DNA of 64,000 nucleotides from assembly GCA_965219675.1 (NCBI GenBank), contig OZ244786.1, positions 1,741,914 to 1,805,913 on the forward strand, written 5' to 3'. Below the pieces are notes generated by a model. It saw only the letters and a program-made list of their open reading frames with translations, had not been told where the DNA came from and did not search any database. The position numbers and the translations under genes were made by a program. Origin of the DNA: Candidatus Multivorans sp. GTDB taxonomy: Bacteria > Acidobacteriota > Thermoanaerobaculia > Multivoradales > Multivoraceae. This document shows, piece by piece, positions 16,522 to 27,200 of the stretch (position 1 is its first letter; every line of letters begins with the position of its first letter).

Positions 16522-18915
16522 CTAGAAGTCGATCCCGAACTGGACGCCGACCTCTGCCGGCGGCGCCCAGACCGCGAGCGACCCGGTGTAGTTCACGAAG
16601 AACTGGCTGAGCCGGTACTCCTCGCCGCCGAGGTTGCGGCCGTAGGCGGCCAGGAAGAGGCGTCCCTGCGCCGAAGTCCAGCGCAACTGGGCGTGGAGCA
16701 GGCCGTAGGAGGGTTGCACGAAGCGCTCGAAGGCGTCGAAGGCCACGTCGTCGGTGTACTGGTACTCGCCGCGCGCGATCAGCGAACCGCTACTGCCCAG
16801 GTCGAACGTGTAGCTCAACGCCGTGCTGGCGGAGAAATCGGGCGCCCGGGGCAGTCCGTTGCCGGAGAGGTCGGTGGGCGGAATCGGGAGAGCGCCGCCG
16901 CCCCCCTGAAGCACCTGGGCCGGATCGATCAGACCAGCGGCGAGCAGTTGCTCCACGAACTGCGCCTGCAGCACGGGATCGAGTGACGTGAAGCTCACGA
17001 ACTCGTCGTCCAGGAGTTCGAGCGACAGGTCGAAGGTGAACTGGCGGTTGGGCCTGGCCGAGAGCTCGAAATCGAGACCGCGAATGCGGGCATTCGCCGC
17101 GTTCTCGACGATGGAGCGATCCGGGTAGAGCACCGCCACCTGCAGGTCGTCGTAGTCGTAGTGGAAGGCGGACGCGTTGATTCGCACCTTGCGGTCGGCG
17201 AGGGACGACTTGACGCCGATCTCGTAACTGGTCACGGTCTCTTCATCGAAGGCCGGCTGCAGTGAAAGGGAGTTGTAGCCGCCGCTCTTGTAGCCGGCGG
17301 TTACCGCGCCGTAGAGCATCACGTTGTCGCTCGGTCGAACCTCGAGGCCCAGCTTGGGGGTCAGCGCGCTCCAGCTGTCGCTCTGGGTCTGGCGCTCCGG
17401 CATGAAGGTCGCGAAGTTCAGCGAAGCCTGGTCCTGCTCCTTCTCGTCGGCCGTGTAGCGGGCGCCGGTGGTCAGCGTCACCCGGTCACTCAGCGTCCAG
17501 TCGACCTGACCGTACGCGGCGTAGAGCGAGGCGTCGAGGCTCGTCTCGAACGGAAGCGGAGTCGCGACTCCCGGCACGGGAAGGCCGATGAACGGCGCGA
17601 TGGCGTTGTAGTACTGCGGCCCGCACAGGAACGGGGGCGCCAGAAAACCAAGGGAGCAGTAGGTCGTCGGGTCGAACAGGAACGTCTGCGGACTGTTCGC
17701 GAACAGCCAGACGCTGAGCAGGGCGAGGTCGGTCACGTTGTTGACCTGCATCCCGCTCTCCTCGTTGAAGGCGTAGGCCCCGGCCACCCAGTTGGTGCGC
17801 TCGCTGCCGCCGTGGAGTTGGAACTCCTGCGACCACCACTCGGAATCGAACGTGCCCCTGTTGGTGATCAGGGCGTTCGGGGAGCCGTCGATGTCCGTGT
17901 CGCGCATCGAGTCGAACGCGCGCGAACTGCTGATCGAAGTGAAGCTCGTGCCGCCACCCATCGCCTTGTTCACGGTCAGCGAGAAGCCGGTCTCCTCGTA
18001 CCGGGACAGCGGCGTGGTGTCGGTCGAGATGCGGTGGACATCGTCCGGATCGGAGTAGCCGTAGAACCGGTTCAGGGTCCCCACCGTGCTGTAGGGCGAC
18101 ACGTCGAAAGGCTTGAAGGGGAAGTTCGCGTGGGCGTCGTCGTCCGTGCTGTCGGCGCGGATCGTGAAGGTCAGAGAGTCGGAGGGCAGGAAGGTGAGCG
18201 AGCCCCGGAGCGTGACGCCGTCGAAGTTGTCCGCGCTGGCGCCCAGGAAGTCGTTGTAGGTGGGGTCCTCGACCTGGGCCGTGGCGCCGGTCAACCGGGC
18301 CCAGACCTTGCTCGACACGGGACCCGTCAGGGTCAGACCGTAGCGGCGTCCCTCGGCCGGCTCGCTCGAGTCGAACTCGGAGACGGACGTGAAGAGGCGG
18401 CCATGGAACTCGCTTTCCGGCGCCCGCGTGATCACGTTGACCGCTCCGGCCGTCGAGTTCCGGCCCCAGAGCGTGCCCTGGGGGCCGCGCAGGACCTCGA
18501 TGCGCTCCAGGTCGAGGAAGGGGTTCACGGCCGCCTGCGGACGCGGCATGTAGACCCCGTCCACGTAGTAGCCGACCGTCGGCTCGGTGCCGATGCCGAG
18601 CGTGCTCGACCCGACGCCGCGGATATAGATGGCGACTTCGCCCGTGGTGGGGCTCTGGCCCGAGATGACCACGCCGGGCGAGGCCTCGGCCAGCGCCTGT
18701 ACGTCGCCTATCGCCTGCTGCTCGAGCTCTTCGCCCGAACGGGTGACGATCGAGATCGGCACGTCCTGAATGGCCTCCTCGACGCGTTGGGCGGTCACGG
18801 TGATTTCCTCGGTGACTGTCGAGTCCGGCTCATCCGGTTCCTGCCCGATCGCGGCGACGGCGACGAGAGGCAACAGGAGGCAAGCGACCAACGGAGCGGC
18901 GGAAATTGAGCGCAT
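16522..18915 (-). CDS. TonB-dependent outer-membrane receptor.
   Basis: Plug-domain motif RVEVLRGPQGTLWGRNSTAGAVNVITR and a C-terminal terminal-Phe barrel ending ...GVQFGIDF. The start is probably the internal Met giving signal peptide MRSISAAPLVACLLLPLVAVAA. The track ORF extends to 18975. My nucleotide count and the track disagree by 1 nt here. Confidence 0.85.
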   Translation of the reverse strand: MRSISAAPLVACLLLPLVAVAAIGQEPDEPDSTVTEEITVTAQRVEEAIQDVPISIVTRSGEELEQQAIGDVQALAEASPGVVISGQSPTTGEVAIYIRGVGSSTLGIGTEPTVGYYVDGVYMPRPQAAVNPFLDLERIEVLRGPQGTLWGRNSTAGAVNVITRAPESEFHGRLFTSVSEFDSSEPAEGRRYGLTLTGPVSSKVWARLTGATAQVEDPTYNDFLGASADNFDGVTLRGSLTFLPSDSLTFTIRADSTDDDAHANFPFKPFDVSPYSTVGTLNRFYGYSDPDDVHRISTDTTPLSRYEETGFSLTVNKAMGGGTSFTSISSSRAFDSMRDTDIDGSPNALITNRGTFDSEWWSQEFQLHGGSERTNWVAGAYAFNEESGMQVNNVTDLALLSVWLFANSPQTFLFDPTTYCSLGFLAPPFLCGPQYYNAIAPFIGLPVPGVATPLPFETSLDASLYAAYGQVDWTLSDRVTLTTGARYTADEKEQDQASLNFATFMPERQTQSDSWSALTPKLGLEVRPSDNVMLYGAVTAGYKSGGYNSLSLQPAFDEETVTSYEIGVKSSLADRKVRINASAFHYDYDDLQVAVLYPDRSIVENAANARIRGLDFELSARPNRQFTFDLSLELLDDEFVSFTSLDPVLQAQFVEQLLAAGLIDPAQVLQGGGGALPIPPTDLSGNGLPRAPDFSASTALSYTFDLGSSGSLIARGEYQYTDDVAFDAFERFVQPSYGLLHAQLRWTSAQGRLFLAAYGRNLGGEEYRLSQFFVNYTGSLAVWAPPAEVGVQFGIDF

Positions 18916-19068
18916 GGCGGGGTACCTCTGGAACTCTGGGGGCGGCGCGCCTGGAACCTCGCGTTCGCCGATCAAGTTGACATCTCAGGCTACAACAACG
19001 GCACTACGTGCAGGAAGCCACCCGGGTTGCGGTAGTCGGCGGCGGTCCCCTGCCGTAGACTTCCGGCG

Positions 19069-20361
19069 GTGTTCGCGGCTTCTTCCTACGATCTGATCGT
19101 GATCGGCGCCGGACCGGGCGGCTCGGCGGCTGCCGCCATCGCCTCGCGCGGAGGCCTGCGCACGCTTCTGCTCGAGCGCGAGCCGGCGCCGAACTTCAAG
19201 ATCGGCGAATCCCTGATGCCGGACACGCACGGCGTGTTCGAGAAGATGGGCGCGTTGGAGCGGATGAAGAGCAGCCACTTCGTGGAAAAGCACTCGGTTC
19301 AGTTCTTCACCAGGACGGGCAAGGCGTCCATGCCGTTCTACTTCGAGAAGGAAAGGCCGGGGGACGACAGCGCTCGGACCTGGCAGGTGCGCCGCTCGGA
19401 GTTCGATCAGCTCCTGATGGAAACGGCCGCCGAGCAGGGCGCGGAGGTGCACAGGGGGGTCAATGTACGCGACGTGCTGTTCGAGGACGGTCGGGCGATC
19501 GGCGTGCGTGCCGCGGCCGCGGACCACGGCGACCCGGTTGAGCTCGCGAGCCGGGTCGTCATCGACGCCACCGGCCAGAGCGCGCTGCTGTCGCGACGCC
19601 TCAACCTTGGTCGGGTGGACTACGGTCTAAGGCACGCCTCGATCTACACCCATTTCCGCGGCGCGCTCCGGGACGAAGGAAAGGACGAGGGCGCGACCCT
19701 GATTCTGCACACGGAGTCCGGTGAGTGCTGGTTCTGGTACATCCCGCTGGCCGGGGATGTGGTCAGCGTCGGGGTCGTCGGACCGATGGACGCCCTGATT
19801 CGGAACCGTGACGGAAGACCGCACGAGATCTTCTTCGAGGAGGTCGGGAACTGCGCCGAGATCGAGCGGCGGATCGGGCCAGCCCGCCAGTGCCGTCCGG
19901 TATCGGTGATGAAGGACTTCTCCTACCGGATCGAGGAGATGGCCGGTAACGGCTGGATCGCGATCGGCGACGCGTTCTCCTTCATCGATCCCGTGTACTC
20001 ATCCGGCGTGTTCCTGGCTCTCAAGTCCGGCGAGATGGCGGCGGAGGCCGCGATCGACGCGATTGCCGCCGGCGATGCCTCGGGTGAGCGTCTGGGAGCG
20101 TTCCAGCCGCTGCTGATGCGGGGCGTCGAGGCGGTGCGTCAGTTGGTCAACGTCTTCTACGACCCGAACTTCAGCGTCGGCGCCTTTCTGCGGCTGTATC
20201 CGCAGCACCAGAGCAAGGTGACGCGCATTCTGATCGGCGACGTGTTCGAACTGGACTTCACCTCCATGTTCGAGGACATGGCGACCTTTGCCGCAGCGGG
20301 GGGTGGCCGAATCGCTCAGCCGGCGGCGGGCGAGACGGCCCGGGCCGTACCCGTGTCCTGA
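19069..20361 (+). CDS. Flavin-dependent halogenase-like FAD oxidoreductase (tryptophan-halogenase / geranylgeranyl-reductase superfamily).
   Basis: FAD-binding GxGxxG in LIVIGAGPGGSAAA. WxWxIP motif (CWFWYIPL). FxxPxxSxG-like GDAFSFIDPVYSSGV. Confidence 0.8.
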   Translation: MFAASSYDLIVIGAGPGGSAAAAIASRGGLRTLLLEREPAPNFKIGESLMPDTHGVFEKMGALERMKSSHFVEKHSVQFFTRTGKASMPFYFEKERPGDDSARTWQVRRSEFDQLLMETAAEQGAEVHRGVNVRDVLFEDGRAIGVRAAAADHGDPVELASRVVIDATGQSALLSRRLNLGRVDYGLRHASIYTHFRGALRDEGKDEGATLILHTESGECWFWYIPLAGDVVSVGVVGPMDALIRNRDGRPHEIFFEEVGNCAEIERRIGPARQCRPVSVMKDFSYRIEEMAGNGWIAIGDAFSFIDPVYSSGVFLALKSGEMAAEAAIDAIAAGDASGERLGAFQPLLMRGVEAVRQLVNVFYDPNFSVGAFLRLYPQHQSKVTRILIGDVFELDFTSMFEDMATFAAAGGGRIAQPAAGETARAVPVS

Positions 20362-20393
20362 CCGGCGTCTGAACGGGGAACGGAACGGAATCC

Positions 20394-20678
20394 ATGGCGG
20401 CGACGGTAGTTCGGCGGCTGGCGTACGCGACCCTGGCGGTTCTGTACGTGCTCCACAACGATCTCTGGTTCTGGTCCGACGGTGACCGCTTTCTCGGGCT
20501 GCCGATCGGATTGACTTACCACATCCTCTTCACGGCGGCGGTCGTTCTGGCCATGTGGTGGCTGGTTCGAGAGGCATGGCCCGCCGCCAGCCTGGATCGC
20601 CTGGCGGCCGGCGCCGGAACCGAGCCGGCCGCGGACATCGGCGTAGGGCACGGCGGGTCTCCCGAAGGTTCCGGATGA
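20394..20678 (+). CDS. Small two-TM membrane protein of the DUF3311-like type that typically precedes sodium:solute symporters.
   Basis: 94-aa hydrophobic ORF ...LAYATLAVLYVLHNDLWFW...LTYHILFTAAVVLAMWWL. Its stop overlaps the start of the symporter (ATGA). Confidence 0.6.
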   Translation: MAATVVRRLAYATLAVLYVLHNDLWFWSDGDRFLGLPIGLTYHILFTAAVVLAMWWLVREAWPAASLDRLAAGAGTEPAADIGVGHGGSPEGSG

Positions 20679-22132
20679 CTCTGGCCATCATCTTCGTCTA
20701 TCTGCTCGCGGTGCTTCTGATCGGTGCCTGGAGCAGCCGGCGGCTCGCCGCGACGGGCGAGGACTTCTTCGTCGCCGGGCGGACGATCGGTCCGTTCGTG
20801 CTCCTGATGACCCTGTTCGGCACCCACATGACCTCGTTCGCCCTGCTCGGCGCCTCGGCGGAGTCGTACCGGGTAGGGATCGGCGTCTTCTCCCTGATGG
20901 CGTCGTCGTCGGCCCTGATGGTGCCCGTCGTGTTCTTCTTCGTCGGCACCCGGGTCTGGGCGGTCGGCAGCCGCCTGGGGCTTCTCACCCAGGTCCAGTT
21001 CGTGCGCGCGCGCTGGGGCTCGGACACGGTCGGCCTGCTGCTGTTCATCGTGCTCGTCCTGCTGCTCGCCCCCTACCTGCTGATCGGCGTGATGGGCGGC
21101 GGCATCACGCTCCAGCAGATCACCGACGGCGGAGCGCCGCCGTGGCTCGGCAGCCTGCTGATTTCCGGCGTCGTGATCGGCTACGTGACGAGCGGCGGTC
21201 TACGTGGAACGGCCTGGGTGAACACCTTCCAGACGGCGATGTTCATGCTGCTCGGCGCGGTGACGGCGATCCTGATCGTCACGAAGCTGGGGGGCGTGGG
21301 GAAGGCGCTCGACCAGGTCGCCGCGACGCGGCCGGAGCTGTTGATACGCGGCGACGCGATCCACCCGCTGCGGCTGCTCAGCTACACCCTGATCCCGTTG
21401 TCCGTCGGGACGTTCCCCCACATCTTCTCGCACTGGCTTTCCGCACGGCGGGCATCCACGTTCAAGGCCCCGATCGTGCTCTACCCGGTTTGCATCGCCA
21501 TGGTGTGGATCCCAAGCGTGCTGTTGGGTCTGTTCGGGAACATCGACTTTCCCGGGCTCGCCGGACCAGCCTCCAACTCGGTCCTGATTCGAATGATCAC
21601 CCTGTACGCTCCCGATCTTCTCGCCGGTTTGCTCGGTGCGGGGGTCTTCGCCGCGATCATGTCGTCGCTCGACTCGCAGTCGCTGTCCCTGGGGACGATG
21701 TTCACCCAGGACATCGTGCGCCACTACCGCTGGGGAGGCGACCTGAGCGACTCCCGCCAGGTTCTGCTTGGCCGGCTGTTCGTGGTCGGCGTCGTGGCTG
21801 CCGTCTTCCTCCTTTCCCTGGTCGCCGAGCGGAGCATCTTCGCGCTGTCGGTATGGTCCTTCACGGGCTTTGCCTCGCTGTTGCCCATCATCGTCGCGGC
21901 GCTCTACTGGCGCCGCAGCACGGCCGCGGGGGCCGCCGCCGCGATCGTCACCGTGATCGTGCTCTGGATCTGGTTCTTCGTTCGCGGGTTCGGTCAGCCG
22001 GACTACAGCGTGGGCGGCAGCGGCGTGATGCCGGTGGCCGTGATCTTTGCCGGCTCGGTCGCGGCTCTGGTCGTCGGTTCCCTGTCCAGCAGGCCGCCCG
22101 GTGCCGAGCGGGTGGCACGTTTCATCCCATGA
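20675..22132 (+). CDS. Sodium:solute symporter (SSS family).
   Basis: The internal ATG at 20675 gives MTLAIIFVYLLAVLLIGAWSSRRLAATGEDFFVAGR... with multiple TM segments. The 5' part of the track ORF from 20555 is arginine-rich junk. Confidence 0.85.
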   Translation: MTLAIIFVYLLAVLLIGAWSSRRLAATGEDFFVAGRTIGPFVLLMTLFGTHMTSFALLGASAESYRVGIGVFSLMASSSALMVPVVFFFVGTRVWAVGSRLGLLTQVQFVRARWGSDTVGLLLFIVLVLLLAPYLLIGVMGGGITLQQITDGGAPPWLGSLLISGVVIGYVTSGGLRGTAWVNTFQTAMFMLLGAVTAILIVTKLGGVGKALDQVAATRPELLIRGDAIHPLRLLSYTLIPLSVGTFPHIFSHWLSARRASTFKAPIVLYPVCIAMVWIPSVLLGLFGNIDFPGLAGPASNSVLIRMITLYAPDLLAGLLGAGVFAAIMSSLDSQSLSLGTMFTQDIVRHYRWGGDLSDSRQVLLGRLFVVGVVAAVFLLSLVAERSIFALSVWSFTGFASLLPIIVAALYWRRSTAAGAAAAIVTVIVLWIWFFVRGFGQPDYSVGGSGVMPVAVIFAGSVAALVVGSLSSRPPGAERVARFIP

Positions 22133-23463
22133 CCGGCACCGACCGACCGCTGCGGATCGCCTACCTGGCGGCTGGCGCCGGCGGCATGCTCTGCGGAAGC
22201 TGCATTCACGACAATGCCCTCGTTCGCGCGCTCCAGCAGCGTGGCCACAACGCGCTCCTGCTGCCGATCTACACGCCTCTGAGGACCGACGAGGAGAACG
22301 TCAGCTACGACCGGGTCTTCTACGGCGCCGTGAACATCTACCTGGAGCAGAAGCTGCCGCTCTGGAGCCGGGCGCCCGCGAGTCTGCGCCGGCTGCTGGA
22401 CAATCCGCGTCTCCTGGCGCGACTCACGCGTTCGGCCGCCGCGACCGACGCCCGCCAGTTGGGCGAACTGGCCCTCTCCATGGTGCGCGGCGAGGCGGGA
22501 CGCCAGCTCGCGGAACTCCAGAGTCTCGCCACGTGGCTAGCCGGCGAGTTCCAGCCGGATGTCGTCCATCTGACGAACTCCATGCTCCTCGGAATGGTCC
22601 ATCACCTCCGCGAAGTCCTGCCCCGGACACTGATCGTCTGCGGCCTCCAGGGCGAGGACATCTTCCTCGAGGACCTGGAGGATCCGCACAGGTCGGAGGT
22701 CCTTGCCGAAATGCGGACCAGGGTTCGCGAGGTCGACGTCCTCGTCGCGCCGAACGAGTACTACGCGGCGACGATGACCGAGTTGCTCGACCTGCCGCCG
22801 TCACGCATCGATGTCGCTCGCCTCGGGATCGACCTCGAGGGACACGGAGGCCGTGACGCGGAACCCGGCGAACAGCAACTGGTCATGGGCTACCTGGCAC
22901 GGATGTGTCCCGAGAAGGGCTTCCATCTCGCGGCCGAGGCGTTCAAGGAACTGAGCGATCGTCTGGGCCCCGGTCGCGTCCGCCTCCGTGCCGCCGGCTA
23001 CCTGGGCGGCCGCGACCGGACCTACTTCGAACTCCAGCGTCGTCGGATTGCCAACTGGGGCCTGGAGCCGCACTTCGAGTGGCTCGGGGAGGTGGACCGG
23101 CAGCAGAAGATCGATCTCCTCCACAGTTTGCATGTGCTCGTCCTGCCGACGGTCTATCGGGAGGCAAAGGGACTGCCCGCGCTCGAAGCGATGGCGAACG
23201 GCGTACCGGCCGTTCTGCCGGACCACGGTGCGTTTCCCGAGATGCTCGAGATGACCGGAGGCGGCACGCTGGTGCCGGCCGGCGACGTGTCGGCGTTGGC
23301 GAGCGCTGTCGAGGAGCTGGGCGCCGATGCGGACCGCAGGGCGCAGCTCGGACGTTCCGGCCTCCAGGGCGTGCGGAGGCACTACACGGCCCAGCTGATG
23401 GCCTCGGACACGCTCGAGTCGTACCGTCGTGGTCTGAGAGCACGAGCGACCGGAGCCGGTTAG
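22129..23463 (+). CDS. Glycosyltransferase family 4 (GT4, GT-B fold).
   Basis: The C-terminal part of the 21142..23463 track ORF. The ATG at 22129 overlaps the symporter stop. EX7E-type motif in VLPTVYREAKGLPALEAMANGVPAV. Confidence 0.85.
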   Translation: MTGTDRPLRIAYLAAGAGGMLCGSCIHDNALVRALQQRGHNALLLPIYTPLRTDEENVSYDRVFYGAVNIYLEQKLPLWSRAPASLRRLLDNPRLLARLTRSAAATDARQLGELALSMVRGEAGRQLAELQSLATWLAGEFQPDVVHLTNSMLLGMVHHLREVLPRTLIVCGLQGEDIFLEDLEDPHRSEVLAEMRTRVREVDVLVAPNEYYAATMTELLDLPPSRIDVARLGIDLEGHGGRDAEPGEQQLVMGYLARMCPEKGFHLAAEAFKELSDRLGPGRVRLRAAGYLGGRDRTYFELQRRRIANWGLEPHFEWLGEVDRQQKIDLLHSLHVLVLPTVYREAKGLPALEAMANGVPAVLPDHGAFPEMLEMTGGGTLVPAGDVSALASAVEELGADADRRAQLGRSGLQGVRRHYTAQLMASDTLESYRRGLRARATGAG

Positions 23464-23513
23464 CAACCCGCGCGGCGGAACTGGGTCGCCGGCCGCGCTA
23501 GCATCTCGCCGCG

Positions 23514-24215
23514 ATGACTGACGCTCTCCGCTTCGATTCCGTCACGAAGTCCTACGACACGGAGGCCGGGACCGTCGAGGTCTTGCGGGGAATCTCCCTG
23601 GCGCTGGACGCGGGAGAGGCTCTGGCGGTAACCGGTCCCTCGGGCAGTGGCAAGAGCACTCTCCTGCACCTCGCCGCGACGCTCGAGGCGCCGACGTCGG
23701 GGAGCATCCGGATAGCGGGAGAGCTCGCCCACGACCTGCCCGAACGGGAACTGGCCGCGTTCCGCAGCCGGAGTGTCGGTCTGGTGTTCCAGGATCACTA
23801 TCTGCTGCCGCAATACACGATGCTGCAGAACGTGCTTCTTCCCACCGTGGCGGCCGGGGCCGGCGGGAACGGGGCAGGGGAGCGGGCCCGGCGCCTGCTC
23901 CAGGCCGTCGGGCTCGGAGCGCGGGTCGACCACCGGCCTGCCCAGCTGTCCGGGGGAGAGAGGCAGCGGGCGGCGATCGTGCGGGCACTGATCAACCGGC
24001 CGAACCTGCTCCTTTGCGACGAACCGACCGGGAATCTGGACGCGGAGACGGCCGCGTCCGTGGCCGACCTCCTGCTCGACCTCCACACCGAAGGCGACAG
24101 CGCCCTGATCGTGGTCACCCACAGCCTGGAGCTGGCCGCGCGGCTGCCGCGGCGGATCGAGTTGCGGGGCGGCCTGCTCACCGAGGCGCCGCCAGGACGG
24201 GCGGCGGGAGGCTGA
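23514..24215 (+). CDS. ABC transporter ATP-binding protein (MacB/LolD-like).
   Basis: Walker A GPSGSGKST, signature LSGGERQR and Walker B LLLCDEPTGNLD. Confidence 0.9.
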   Translation: MTDALRFDSVTKSYDTEAGTVEVLRGISLALDAGEALAVTGPSGSGKSTLLHLAATLEAPTSGSIRIAGELAHDLPERELAAFRSRSVGLVFQDHYLLPQYTMLQNVLLPTVAAGAGGNGAGERARRLLQAVGLGARVDHRPAQLSGGERQRAAIVRALINRPNLLLCDEPTGNLDAETAASVADLLLDLHTEGDSALIVVTHSLELAARLPRRIELRGGLLTEAPPGRAAGG

Positions 24216-24219
24216 AGTC

Positions 24220-27200
24220 GTGAGTGCGTCCAGGCCCGGCGGAACTCTGCCCAGTCTGCGGCACTACTGGCGCTCGAACGTCGCCGTCGTGATGACTGCC
24301 GCCGTCGCGGCGTCCGTGCTCACCGGCGCCCTGATGGTTGGCGACTCGGTGCGAGGAAGCCTGCGGGATCTGACCCTGGACCGTCTTGGCGGCATCGACC
24401 ATGCACTCCTCGGCGCCGGCTTCTTTCGCGAGGCGTTGAGGGACGACCTGACGGATGATCCCGAGTTCGCTTCCCGATACGGCCCCGTGTCGGCGGCGAT
24501 CCTGATGCAGGGGAACGTGGTAGAGCCCGAGAGCGGCCGGCGCGCGGCGCGCGTCAATGTCCAGGGGATCGACGACAGCTTTGCCGCCTTCTTTCCGGGA
24601 ATGGAGGAGACCCTCGACCTGTCCCGGCGGGACGGTCAACTGTTCGCGTCGCTGGCGATCAACCGGTCGCTCGCCTCGGCTCTTGCCGTCGAGCCCGGTG
24701 ACTCCGTTCTGCTCCACCTGGAGCGTCCGAGCGAGGCGCCGCGCGCCAGCCTGATGGGGGAGAAGGATCCCGAAGACCAGTTGGAGAGCGTGCGGCTGAG
24801 CGTGGTCACCGTGCTGGAAGACGTTGGCGCGGGACGGTTCCAGCTCGCCCAGCACCAGAGCCAGCCGCTGGTTGCCTATCTCCGCCTGCGCGACCTGCAG
24901 CGGGAACTCGATCGCCGCGGCCTCGCCAACGCGTTGTTGGTGGGCGAGCGGGCGAGCACCGGGTCCGGTCCGGTTGCCGACCCGGAGGCCGCGATAGAGG
25001 ACGTCGAGCGCCGCATCCGCACCCACGCCGAGGTGGCCGACTTCGGACTCACGCTCGAGGCGACAGACGATCACCTGCTCGTGACGACGTCCCAGATCAT
25101 TCTCGGCGCCGAGTTGGCCGGGGAGCTCCAGGCTGCGGCCTCGGCGGCTGGCGCCGAAGCGATCGAGGTCTCGACCTACCTCGCCAACCTGGCGGCGGCG
25201 GACAGCGGCGCGGCCGCACCGTACTCGACGATCACGGCACTCGACACGGCGCGCGCTGGCCGACTTGGCGCCCTGCGGCTCACGGACGGCCGACCGGCTC
25301 CCGGGCTCGGGCCGGGTGAGGTGCTCGTCAACTCCTTTCTGGCCGAAGATCTCGCGGTCGGAACGGGCGACCGACTGGCGATCGACTATTTCCAGCTTGG
25401 CGACCGGGAGCAGTTGATCGAACGGACGGTCGAGACCAGGGTCGCCGGAGTCGTCGAGATGACGGGCTGGGGCGTCGACCGAACGTTGACGCCGGACTTT
25501 CCCGGGGTCGCCGACGCGGACAACATGAGCGACTGGGATCCGACCTTTCCGGTCGATCTGAGCCGGATCCGGGATCAGGACGAGGCCTACTGGGACGAGT
25601 TCCGCGCCACCCCCAAGCTGTTCGTCGGTCTGGACTACGGGGCCGGGCTCTGGTCGAGCCGCTTCGGCCACCTGACCTCCCTGCGGCTTCTGCCGCCGGA
25701 AGGCACGACACCGGCAGAACTCCGGGAGAGGCTCGAAGAGGGGTTGCCGGACCGGGTCGCGCTCCACGCGGCAGGTCTCGCGGTGGAACCGGTCAAGGCC
25801 AGGGGCCTGCGCGGCGCGTCGGGGGCTACGGACTTCGGCGGCCTCTTCGTGGGCTTCAGCCTCTTTCTCATCGTGTCGGCGGCGTTGCTGGTAGGTCTTT
25901 TCTTCCGGCTGGGAACCGAGAGCCGCGCGAACGAGATGGGACTCCTGCTTGCGCTTGGCTACGGTGTCGCAAGGGTCCGGCGCCGCTTCCTGCTCGAAGG
26001 AGCCCTTCTGGGCGGCGCTGGCGTGCTCCTCGGCCTGGGCGGCGCGGTGCTCTATGCGGGCGCCATGATGACCGCGCTGCGGACCCTGTGGCGCTCCGCG
26101 GTCGGCTCGAGTCACCTCTACCTGCACGTCGAACCCCTGACGCTGGTCTTGGGCGGCGCGGCGTCCATTCTGGTCGTGCTGTTCGCGATCCGGGGTGCCG
26201 TCGGCCGCCTTGCCGCGGTCTCGCCGATCCGGCTGCTGCGCGGAGAGACGTCGGACCGGCCGGCCGCGGCGCGGACGCGGGGGCGACGGGCCCGCTGGAC
26301 CGCGAGCGTTGGCGGCGGGGTCGCCGCGGTGCTCCTCGGGGCCTCGGCGGTGGCGCCGGCGTCCATCGCTGCCTACCTGTTCTTCGGTGGCGGCGCCTGC
26401 CTCCTGATCGCCGGCCTGGCCGGCTTCACCCTCTGGCTCCGAAGGCGGCCCCCGGCGCCGCTCGAGAGCTGGTCCTTGCGGGCCGGTTCAAGAATGGCCG
26501 CGGCCAACGCCTCTCTCAATCCGGGCCGGAGTCTGCTTTGTGCGGCCCTGGTAGCCAGCGCATCGTTCGTGATCGTGGCCGTAGGCGCCTATGGCTTGCG
26601 CTTCGGCGAGGAGACGCGCGATCTCGACTCGGGCGCCGGCGGCTTCGACCTGGTCGCGGAAGCGGACGTTTCGATTCTCGCCGATCTCACCACGGTGAAT
26701 GGACGCTACGAGCTGGGGTTCGGCGAGGAAGGGTCCGGGCTCATCGGACAGAGTCAGGTCATCGCCTTCCGTACCGTGCCCGGTGACGACATCAGTTGCC
26801 TGAACCTGTTCCAGCCGGAACGACCGCGGTTGCTGGGGGCGCCGCCGGAACTCATCGAACGGGGCGGCTTCCGGTTCCAGGCGCTCGCGGAGAACGCCGG
26901 GGATGAGCCGTGGAAACTGCTGGAGGAGGATCTCGGGCCGGGAGTCGTCCCCGCGATCGGCGACTTCAACTCGGTCATGTGGATCCTGCACTCGGGACTG
27001 GGGCAGGGGATCGAGATCGAAACCGAACGGGGCGACACGCTGGAGCTCAGACTGGTCGGATTGCTTCGCAAGAGCGTGTTCCAGAGCGAACTCGTGATTT
27101 CGGAAGCGAACCTGGCAAGGCACTTTCCGAGCCGCACCGGAGCCTCGTACTTCCTGCTGCGGACGCCGCCGGGCGAACGGGACCGGACGTTGGAGGAACT

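Noticed and set aside
21142-22128. 5' two-thirds of the 773-aa track ORF 21142..23463.
   Set aside because: This frame is antisense or out of frame relative to the SSS transporter and reads as Arg-rich junk. Only the part from the ATG at 22129 encodes the GT4 glycosyltransferase.
24178-26127. 649-aa minus-strand ORF antisense to the FtsX-like permease. Similar long antisense ORFs occur at 9380..10639, 11221..12372, 31338..32816, 32630..34894, 35634..37370, 37625..39406, 41616..42938, 44319..45809, 47200..48687 and 52085..54187.
   Set aside because: All have Arg/Gly/Pro-biased composition without motifs, and each overlaps a sense-strand gene with clear family signatures. They are spurious high-GC ORFs.
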